Origin: Eledone cirrhosa
Taxonomy: Eukaryota
NCBI GenBank assembly: GCA_964016885.1
Contig: OZ024743.1
Coordinates: 7,192,001 to 7,256,000 of the forward strand
Direction of reading: 5' to 3'
Length of the DNA stretch: 64,000 nucleotides
Position 1 is the stretch's first letter. Each line of letters begins with the position of its first letter. The notes under the pieces are model-generated. The model did no database searches. It saw nothing but the letters and a program-made list of their open reading frames with translations, and was not told where the DNA came from. Below are positions 54,121 to 64,000 of this stretch, piece by piece. A program made the position numbers and the translations under genes.

Positions 54121-55043
54121 AAGGAAGATGTTGATGCTGTTTTTCTCACCTAAATTTTTGTTTATTACTGTTGCAAAACAAAAATAAACAAAAGCAAGAG
54201 GGAATGAGACTATGATTTCAAAAACATTTAAAATGTTAATTAACTCCTAACATCCTGCAATGATTTAGAAGAACAATTTATAAAAAAAACAAGATCTGTT
54301 AATTCAAATATATATAATTTATTTATTTATTTATTTATTATTTTTTTTTTTTTTTTTTTATTGGTGGACAGATCATTGTGAAAATTTGCAGTATTAGTGT
54401 AAAGACTTTAAATTTTAATGTGATGAAAAACCTTCTCAAGGCAATAAGGAAGTCTCCATATGGTTACTTAACTTGTTAGAAATAGCAACTGAAACTCATT
54501 CAAATCACACCCTAGAAGGAAAGATTTTGGATAACACATTTCTAAATACACTATTCCTGAAAAAAAAGAGCTAGTTGTAACTGAAATATTCATCATGGTC
54601 TGTCTAATCAGGAATTACCTGGAGCTGAACAACATTCTGTTCTATATCATTTACCGTATCAGCTTCTGTCCTTTTATTATCTAGTTAAAATACCTGCTAA
54701 TTTCCATTTCTCATAACTTTAAGACTTCATATTTAATAAATAATAATAATAATAATTAGGGTGGAGGATTAACAGTATCAGTAGTGTGTTATGCTTTGTG
54801 GCATGTAGTTTCATCCCTTTATGTTCAGAGTTCAAATTCTGCTGAAGTTACCTTTACCTTTCATCCTTACACGGTCGATAAAATAAAGTGCCAGTAATGC
54901 ACTGGGGCGATTTAATTAATTTTCCCCTCCCTCAAAATTGTTGGCCTTGTGCCTTAACTAGAAACCATTATTATTACCATTATCATTGAAGAAAACAACT
55001 AATGAAATATGTATATGATATAAAATTAAGAGAAACAACTTAC

Positions 55044-55294
55044 CATAAATATTCATCCGTCCAAATATTCATCATAGGAAAAGTAGTGCCAGTAAGAACG
55101 TTTTTCATTAATAATGGTAATTCAGGCTTAACAAAGCCATTGTAAAATTCAGTTGTACTTGGAAATTGGGAAATATAGTCCATATGCTGTCCATTTTCGG
55201 AATGTTTTCCAAGAGGGAGCAGTTCTTCAGCCAAAGAATATATAAACAAGATTAACACGAGATACATTTTGTGATGTAGTTTCAATTCAACCAT
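55044..55294 (-). CDS. Secretory-pathway JmjC/cupin-like 2OG-Fe(II) oxygenase, coding exon 1 (second possible ATG at 55267)
   Basis: Encodes MVELKLHHKMYLVLILFIYSLAEE..PSTTEFYNGFVKPELPLLMKN..WTDEYL, then TG|gtaag. Hydrophobic signal peptide followed by the N-terminus typical of FIH/JMJD5/JMJD7-type cupin-like JmjC proteins. Confidence 0.88.
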
Positions 55295-57880
55295 GATTCG
55301 TTTCTTTCAAAATGCTGCCACCATTTTTTGGTTCTTAGGGAGAAACAAAAAAAAAAATTCATTAATTTTGAAAATGTCTACATTATGTATCAATATACCT
55401 AAAAATCTTACAGATGATATTTCCAATGTAATAAAATTGCTGTTTAACCCTTTAGCATTTACATTACTCTATATAAACTATTGTATTTTCATCATAAAGG
55501 CTTTATCTCACATAATATTGAATCAATGAGAGTTTGATATTATTTATTTTGAGAACAATACCTTAACATCAGTATGAGTGGCTGGTTACAGCCAGTTTGA
55601 ACAGAAAGAGGTGAGAGAATTCTGGCCAGATACAGCTGGTTTAAATTGCTGTTTATGTAAAGTAAAGTTAAATGTAGTATATCTAAATGTAATCTGAGTT
55701 TTCAATAGTCACAAAGTCTATTAAAACTTTCAAAAGAATTTTCCTGGGAAATTTAGATTCTTATTATTATATGAAACCAAGTTTATGATACACACAAAGT
55801 GAATAAACTTTTCCCATGATCACGCTCGCCAACACATTTTTTTAATCATATAGAACAACTAGACAGCAAAATAAATTCCTGGAGTTGTCATAAACTACTA
55901 AAAAAAAAAAAGACCTCTGTTTCATTTACCCTTTCCATAAAATTTAATATCTAAATGTGGATGCACAACTGAATTTTCCATCTCCAAGAACTTAAAATAT
56001 GGTTCAATTGCTTATCATTATTTTTGACATCTCTTGAAGCAAAAAACATTTATTTAGCTGTAAATATTGATTCTGTAAAAGGCGGCAAATTGGCAGAATC
56101 GTTAAAATGTTAGACAGAATGCTTTGCAGTGTTTGTTATAATAATAATAATAATGAAAATTATTGTGTACAGTACTCAGGTGCACTGGCTCTTTGCTCTC
56201 TGAGTTTTAATCTCGCCGAGGTCAACTTAGCTTTCATTCTTTCGAGGTCAATAAAAAAAGTACCAGTCTAGTACTGGGTTGGTTCTTCCTCTATATCTCT
56301 TTCACACTTTCTCTCTCTCTCAATCTCTTTCTGGAAGAAATCTGCTGTGTTCAGACCTGGGGAGGGGTGGGCTCTGCCAGGCTTAAAATGCCCAAGAAAT
56401 GCTGTATATATGATACACCCACAACTCCAACTGGAGTTATGGCAATAATATTCAATCAAAATATAGATTCTGTAAAGCAAGATCAAACGATGCCCTCTTA
56501 GTGTACTGGTAATTTCTGTGAAAACTACTTAATTTTAATTTACCGTGCTAAATATCTTGGCTTCTTTTCATTTAATTTTCAGCTGCTAAACCTTGAAATT
56601 GTATTGTTTTGTTTTTATATCACATCATTCTTTTTCTGTACTGAGACATAACCCCCTCCTCCATTTGTTTAGTGATCCCCATAAAATGCTCAACAGATAT
56701 TTTGTAGCCTCAAAAATTATACTTAGTCTTCAACATATTAGGGGTACTGATTCCAAATATATTATTGGTTTTGTTATACTGACTCTAGTTTTGGAGATAC
56801 ACCCTTTTATGTACTGATGTATCACTCATGTTAAAATTAGAGACTCTAGTAGCACTTTAAATTGTGGTGCCATAGAACTTAGTTCAATATTTGGATATAT
56901 TTAGATCAGTGATTAAAAAAAACGACATCAGTTTTGCCCTCTTTAATTAATTGATAATCTGTTATTTTCATACAAAAATAACAATATTATTGCTATTAAT
57001 ATGTTACACACTATTAAAACAACCACATATCACTAAATCAGTATATTTAAGCACAAAAGCTAAAAATTAAAGACACTGAACAAAGAAGGTGTCTGCTTTG
57101 GTTACTTAAACAGTAAATTCCCTGGCTTGAGTACAGAAAATTTAACCTTTTCACATTCAAACCGGCCATAACTGGCTGCCATATGTATGTTAAGGTATTG
57201 TTCTCAAAATAAATAATATCAAAATCTCATAGATTCAATATTGTGAGATTAAAGTGTTTACTGTGAAAATACAATAGTAAATATAAAGGCTAAAGGGTTA
57301 AAGCAAGAGAAACAGTTTTATAGTTTCCAGATAAGAAAACATATAAAAGATTCATATCTCATAAATTCCAACCCATTTTGTCTCTGACTGTGACAATCCA
57401 CCCAAGCTATGCCAGCAGAGGAAGTGGGTGTATGATGATGATAATGATGATAAACACTTTAAAATAAACTCTGTATCCTAGAACAAGGGGTGATTTTAGA
57501 CAGTTTGGTATCAAAAGTGATAACACTTTCAATTACTACAGATTCAATAAATAAAAAAAAATTAATAAATCACAGAATTAGTTCTAACTTTACAGATTAG
57601 CATTCTTAGGAACAAATGTATATTTTTTTTGTGGCGTATCTTGGGCATTTCAAATATGACAGACTTTATAATTAGATAAATTTGAAATTGATAGTTTAAA
57701 CTTCATTATAAAATAAATGTTATATTTTAAATGACAGTATATGTACTTTTTAGTTGATCACATTGACCACAGTACTTATTTTATTATTCTCTGTTTGTTG
57801 GACTGCTAAGTTATAGGATATACTCAGTAAACATACAATAACAGAAACAGGCACACACACACACAAAACAGGCTTTCAAC

Positions 57881-58144
57881 CAGGGCTGGATTTAATGGGA
57901 GGGAGGTGGAGGTGTCAATTGCCCTGGGCCCCCACCAGCGAAGCCCGTAGCAATTTATTTGTACTTTTGGCTGGGCTTTTTAGTTTTAGGATGGTTAGAA
58001 TTTTTTAATTTAATACCTGTATGTATAACTTTTCAATTCCAATTACTTGCACCAGGCTAACTTTGATATATAAAATTAGGGGTTTGCTCTGTATTTTAGT
58101 TTTTTGTGTACAAGGGAGGCCCCCAAGGTCTAAATCCAACCTTG
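57881..58144. mobile_element. MITE with CAGGGCTGGATTTA-type TIRs (related: ~13848-14012, ~60871-61038)
   Basis: CAGGGCTGGATTTA ... TAAATCCAACCTTG, with GGGCCCC-rich subterminal motifs. Confidence 0.6.
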
Positions 58145-58325
58145 CCTCCCACCTAATAAATTTCCCTCACAAGCCATTTATCAGCCAGAGACTACAGAAG
58201 AAGACACTTGCCAAAGGTATCACAGAGTGGGATCGAACCAAAAACCACATGATTAAGAAGTGAACTCCTTAACTCCACAGCCATGTCTATGCCTATCTTT
58301 ATGAATATTGCAGAGAATGTGAATT

Positions 58326-58552
58326 AAATTTAGAACAGTTTGGTTTTCGCTTCAGTATATTTTATATTTCTATAAATAATTTAGCTGGCAATCAATGTTT
58401 ATCTTTGATTGATCAACAGTTACAAATATTTACATTATCACAGATATGTGTGACAAAAGAACTTAGAGAAATTATATTTATATTTGTAACTGTTGGTCAA
58501 TTAATAATAAACATTGATTGCCAGCTAAATTATTTATAAATTTAGAACAGTT
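58326..58552. mobile_element. Fold-back insertion flanked by a 15-bp direct repeat, PLE pseudo-LTR related
   Basis: AAATTTAGAACAGTT at 58326 and 58538; arms 58371-58429/58480-58538. The loop TCACAGATATGTGTGACAAAAGAACTT resembles 16084-16109. Confidence 0.7.
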
Positions 58553-58612
58553 AACTTGTTAAAAGAATTTAATATTAACAGTAAAATATCAATTAAGCAA
58601 TATACTCTAGAC

Positions 58613-59204
58613 CAGCATTTCTCAACTGGTGTTTCCTGGAACCCTAGGGTTCTGCAAGAAACAGTGATATTTCAGCTAATACATTTTTGAATAATTTTTG
58701 TTTAATTTTATATTAATTATTTTACTATACACATATGGCATATTATAATAACCAAATCCTTGGTTATTATAATATAGTCTTTAACAAAATATAAAAGATA
58801 TATTAATAATGGCATATAATAATTTTTATGCTGAGCTTCCCTGAGACATGAAAACTATTTCAAGGATCCACAAAAGTAAAAAGGTTGAGAAATGCTGCTC
58901 TAGGACAGTGTTTTCCAACCTATGGCTACATGGCTAAAATGGGCCATGATAAATTTCAGGTGGGCCACAGAAATTTTATAATTTTTTACTGATAATAAAT
59001 GGTTGTTTCATTGGAGATGCAAAATATTTTAGATGCTTGTGAAATACTGTGTGTTCAATAAGTTGTATACAATAGTTGCATCTTTATTGGATATAGTCTA
59101 TGTAAAATGGAAGTAGTTTTTTTACATCATAATAATTTCATGGGTCACAGAAACATTTTAGGTTCAAAGTGAGCTATGAACTAAAAAAAGGTTGGGAATC
59201 ACTG
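58613..59204. mobile_element. Two adjacent hAT/Charlie-type MITEs (58613-58897 and 58906-59204)
   Basis: TIRs CAGCATTTCTCAAC/GTTGAGAAATGCTG and CAGTGTTTTCCAACC/GGTTGGGAATCACTG. 8-bp sites CTCTAGAC, CTCTAGGA and CTCTAGGC. Confidence 0.85.
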
Positions 59205-59716
59205 CTCTAGGCTATTGACTTGTGGCATAAAATAGAATCAGGTTAACTGGTATGACCAAGTAGCTTCATTTTCTACTTTTATAACTCTAAATGGGGTAAA
59301 TCCAATGACCTATATCTCCTCTTACTATTTACTATTGCTATGACATTCTTATTTTATTATGTATTTCTCATTCAGTTATTCTATCCATTGTTTTTAATCT
59401 ATTATTTCTACTTCTATTTCTTCATCATTAAATTATGTATCTACGTATTTATTTATTTTTTACCCAGATAGGTGCATCTGACTTGTGCATCTCATCCTCT
59501 TTATATATATCGCAAATAATATCATAGTTCATTGCTTCTTAGGAAGATAGTGCAATAGATCAGGGATTTCAAAACTAGAAATAGGTAGGGACATAACCAC
59601 TACCTGCTAGTTGATATATCGATCTACCATGATGAATCAAACTTCTGAACTGATCATAAAACAATGAACTAATTAAAAACTAATCTATGACTTTTGTTTT
59701 ATTTTCATTGTTCAAT

Positions 59717-59753
<37 letters not shown>

Positions 59754-62700
59754 AATGACTCTGTAACTTGAGCGGATTCTTTGGGGAAACCTTATGCGAT
59801 GAGCGCCTACTACAAGGCTGCATTGAGTTCTAACAATGTTATCGCCCCCCCCCCCCATAAACAGGTGGAAATCAGTATATATATATATACACATACATAT
59901 ATATGCATACATATACACACACATATATATATACACACATATATACATCATATACATATAAAGACATACATACATATATATATGATGGCTGCCCCCTCGT
60001 TATCAAGTATGGCCATTGCACGATATACCATTATTAGTAATTATTAATTAATTCTATCGTGTAATGCCTGTGCGTGAAGATATTTTTTAGAGTGAGGAAA
60101 GACTGTGCACTGAGCCAATCCCACTCCATCTTCTGAGCGACAGTAGCTATGACCCTATATACATACATACATACATACATATATATATTTAATACAATTT
60201 CCTTCAACTAAAACCACTGTTCAGCCTTAGGCTATAGTAAGAAACACTTGCCCAAATTTTCATGCTGTGGGTTAAAACCCTGAACCATGTGGTTACAAAG
60301 TGAACTTCTTAACCATACAACAAAGCCTATACCTTATTAGTTCTGCCACATATTAGATTGTTAATCATTTATAACTTAGTCATCATGTAGAGCAATATAC
60401 ATTGACTCTATTTCCTGCTGTATTCTCACGAGCCATAGGAGCATTTAAAGTCAGCAAAGGAAGCTAATGAAAGAGTCTAACTCTTTTGATATCAACCCAC
60501 CTAAAACTGACTCATGTTCTACAGTACAAAACTGTCTATTTTAAAGAGTTTATTCTTATCTAAAAACCTTCCATCATAATTTTATATAAGAACGTTTGTT
60601 ATGTTCCATATGCCAGACAACAAGAAAGCTAGTTATTTTAGTAAATCCAACCAAATTTTTTATATTTTGAAAATTATTTGAAAATCATAGTGTCTTTTGT
60701 TAAAAGTATGGTAATGAAGGGGTTAAATAGGTGTTTTACAAAGGTACAACTCACTACTGCTTACTAGTTATCTCTACCAATGTGTAACATTAGTCAATGA
60801 GTCTCTAAGTGGTTGTTCGACTTGTTAGAAATAGCAGCCAGATATCCTTTAAATCACACCCTACTGGGTCCAAGGCTGGATTAAGCCATTTTAAGGCTCC
60901 AGGAACTTAAAAGATTATGGTAACCCCCCCCCCCCCCCTCCCTATATAAAGCCTGCAAAAAAAAAAAAAAAATAGGACTCCCTCTTCCCTTGTGCCCTAA
61001 GTATGTGTTTATTTTGTTTAATGGCTAATCCAACCCTGTCTGAGTCTAGAGTTAAAAAGGAAAACTGGTTAGCTTCCATCATATTTCTGAAATGAATTTA
61101 CAGCTCAGACATATGTAGGTTTAGCTGGCCTACTATGAGGTTTCTTGGGTGTTTTAATATAAGAGGGCCCAGTTCTATCATCTGCTCAAATCAAGATGAA
61201 CAATAATTTATTTACATAAGTAGACCGAGCCAATCAGCATTAAATGTTAGTGAAAGGATATAAAGCACTAACATTTTGGCCAGTTGCATCTCTACATTCT
61301 GTAGCTAAGGTCATTACAATAAAAACTTCCCTCAGAAAAACCAACTACTTTAGTCCTATTTATTCATTTTATTAATTATTTTTCCAGAGGTCAGTGGCTT
61401 GGTAATATTGGTAGAGCACTGGACAACATATTTGTGGCATATAGTTAAGGTCCTTTACATTCTGAGTTCAAATCCCACCAAGGTTAGCTTTGCCCTACAC
61501 CCTTATGGAGTTAATAAGATATAGTACTAGTAATACACTGGGGCGATTTAATCGACATTCCCCATTCTCTTCAAATTGCTGGCCCTGTGCCAACAGTAGA
61601 AGCAATTACTTATTTTTCCTTTTAATAGTTTAGTCAAGAGGAAGAGCAATGCCCATGAGCCTGTGATTGGTGGGTGAATATTATCCTTAGATGAACAACT
61701 TGGTCTGGATACTTATAATAAAGTTAACTCCACTAAAAGTGCCCATGTGACAGGCTGTGGTGTTAACTGGGCTACAGATAAAGTCTACCACCAGACTTGC
61801 TTTTATGTGCTAGAAACAGATACTACAGTTTGGTATATCATTAAATTGTTATAACTTGCAAATGGGTTATTTAATAAATTAACTTATCAAATCATTATTT
61901 TATGTGCTTGTGAATGTGCAACAAAAATGTGGTACAGCACAAATCTATGCTTAGTATTTTGGTGGTGTTAGTATCTATTGCTAACCTAACAAATAAACCT
62001 TACGTGTGTAGCTAGATAGCTAATTTATAATGATGACTTACATGTCATATACCAACTCTTGTTAATAGGATGGATACATCAATGGGTGGTTGGATGGATG
62101 GAAGAAGAACATATACAAGCAAATATTTCATCTAAGGAGCAGACAATTCAGGATCACATAGCCCAGAAAATTCTAAATCTATGCAATATAGTATATATAA
62201 TATAATCTTTAATCGTCAGTATTGGCAACTATATTAAATTAAACACAATCTCATTTATTTGTTGATAACCTCTCATAAATAGTTTGTAAGTCATAGCACT
62301 GAAACATGTTTTGTGGCTTCTTCTATTATAATTTACCATAAACTCCCTTCCCTCTTAAATTCTGTCAAATTCATTAACATTATTGGCTGCTGACTGAAAT
62401 TTCTCAAATGTTTTCTTAATAACATTAAACATGACAAACAAAGAATAATTACAAATCAATAACCATAAATAAATCTAAATTTTTAGTTCTTTACTCGTTC
62501 ATTTATCTTTGTTAGCCTAGTCCTTCCTTAAAAACAACAACATAATTCTGCTAACTTAATTCATTCCTACAACTGACAACACACAACTATTCCTAAAATG
62601 TGACAAATAATCTATTCTGGCTCTGGTTGTTTCATTTAATATAGTGTACATTGCCGGGTGGCTCGCTTTTGGATACAAATGTGACTGAACTTATAATTGT

Positions 62701-64000
62701 TTATGAGGATTTGATTATACATACATGTGTATCCCTCAATTTATGAGTTTCAGGGGTTTAATTAAACTGAAGATCAACTAAGTTGATCTTTCATACGTTA
62801 GAAAGATGTTTCAAAAAGTCATTCTAAGAGAGATTAAATGGAAATTTGATTTAAGAGAACTGGTGATAAACTGAATCTCTTAAATCTGTGTCTCCTGTAA
62901 TTTAGAAAAAAAAGAAATGTTAAATACGAATGGTTTTATGGAGTAGTACATTGTGATGGAACAGGATAAAAACCGTATTTTTTAAATTTTAAATTTAATG
63001 ATTAATGAAATAGATGTTATGCTCGGTTAAAAGCATTCAAAATTCTTTTTTTTTTTAAACAAAGATTATCAGAGTGAAATAAATCATTTAAGCTTTGTTA
63101 TTTTCTAGGGCTGTTTCATCTTCATTAGTAATGAATGCTTTCTTTAATAGCAGATGGTTAACAGAATTAAGACTATTTTTGAATTGAACTATATTGTCTA
63201 TTTTTTAATTGAATTATGTTGTCAACGTAATTGCAATTAGTTATTTAAAAAAATATATATTACTGATTTTTAATGGTTAGCTATCATAAGTAAAAGTTAA
63301 TAATAAATAGCAATAATAACAATTAATAAAAATGAATTGCAAATTCTTACGTTCAATATAATACAATTCGAAAAGATTTAAACAGTTGAGTTTGACCTAA
63401 TATCAATCAATGTAAAATATTGGTCATTCTTAGTTTTTGTCTTAATGTTTAAATTACCCACTTTCAACTAAACTAATGTAAAGCGACATTAATTTCAAAC
63501 ATTCAAAGTATCAAGGCAATAAGTTGATAAGTTATTTTGCTTTTTAAACGACCAATAAAATGTCGAAATCACCATGCAGCTTAGAGACATAAAAAAACCA
63601 ACACTCCTCCTTAAGCAAAAATGCATGGTTTAAATGACTCGAAGAATTACACTATAATGTCTGTTTGATTTGATTCTTTATTAATTTGGACTTATGTTTA
63701 CATTTAATTCACCATGTTGGTGAAAGTTAGCAATGTGGAGCTCCCACCGCTCATTTCAATGTTTATTTGCTCACCATCACACACACAACATCGTAACCTT
63801 CCAATATTTAAACTGCAGATTATTTTAGCAAGGGTTATTTCCATATTGAACTCATTCGTTCATTCATCATTATTTTAATACCAATCCGAAAAAAGAAAAC
63901 ATTTAAAATGGCACATTTTTATCTCTAGAGATATAAATAAAAATATATTTCTTATTATTATTTACACTGATCTAGTAGTGATTACTGCAAATATTAGTTA

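Noticed and set aside
56544-63780. Possible 5' UTR exons of the JmjC gene (e.g. ~56544-56591, ~63350-63395, - strand)
   Set aside because: Only splice-like dinucleotides support them; cannot be called without transcripts.

Overview
AT-rich, intron- and repeat-dense eukaryotic DNA, most likely a cephalopod (Octopus-like; inferred from the SINE/LINE repertoire and microsatellites). Three spliced protein-coding genes can be built by hand with consistent splice phases. (1) The last five exons of peroxisomal acyl-CoA oxidase (ACOX1-like, + strand, 2714-8170), ending in a PTS1 (-ARL). (2) A two-coding-exon, ~8-TM TspO-like membrane protein (+, 27237-30439) whose 3' splice acceptor is tandemly duplicated in frame. 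(3) A seven-exon JmjC/cupin-like 2OG-Fe(II) oxygenase (-, 55294-39203) with a signal peptide, an intact HxD..H triad and a C-terminal EF-hand. The rest is tRNA-derived SINEs, RTE/CR1/CRE LINE fragments, mariner/piggyBac/hAT-type MITEs and Penelope-like element (PLE) fragments. The most unusual structure is a cluster of nested palindromes at (TA)n tracts (14.0-21.3 kb). It includes a 1.27-kb nearly spacerless PLE palindrome with a GIY-YIG remnant and a minimal hammerhead ribozyme in each arm, and a related hairpin insertion lies at 58.3 kb. No CRISPR, rRNA or genuine tRNA genes were seen. All alignments were done by eye, so repeat boundaries are approximate.
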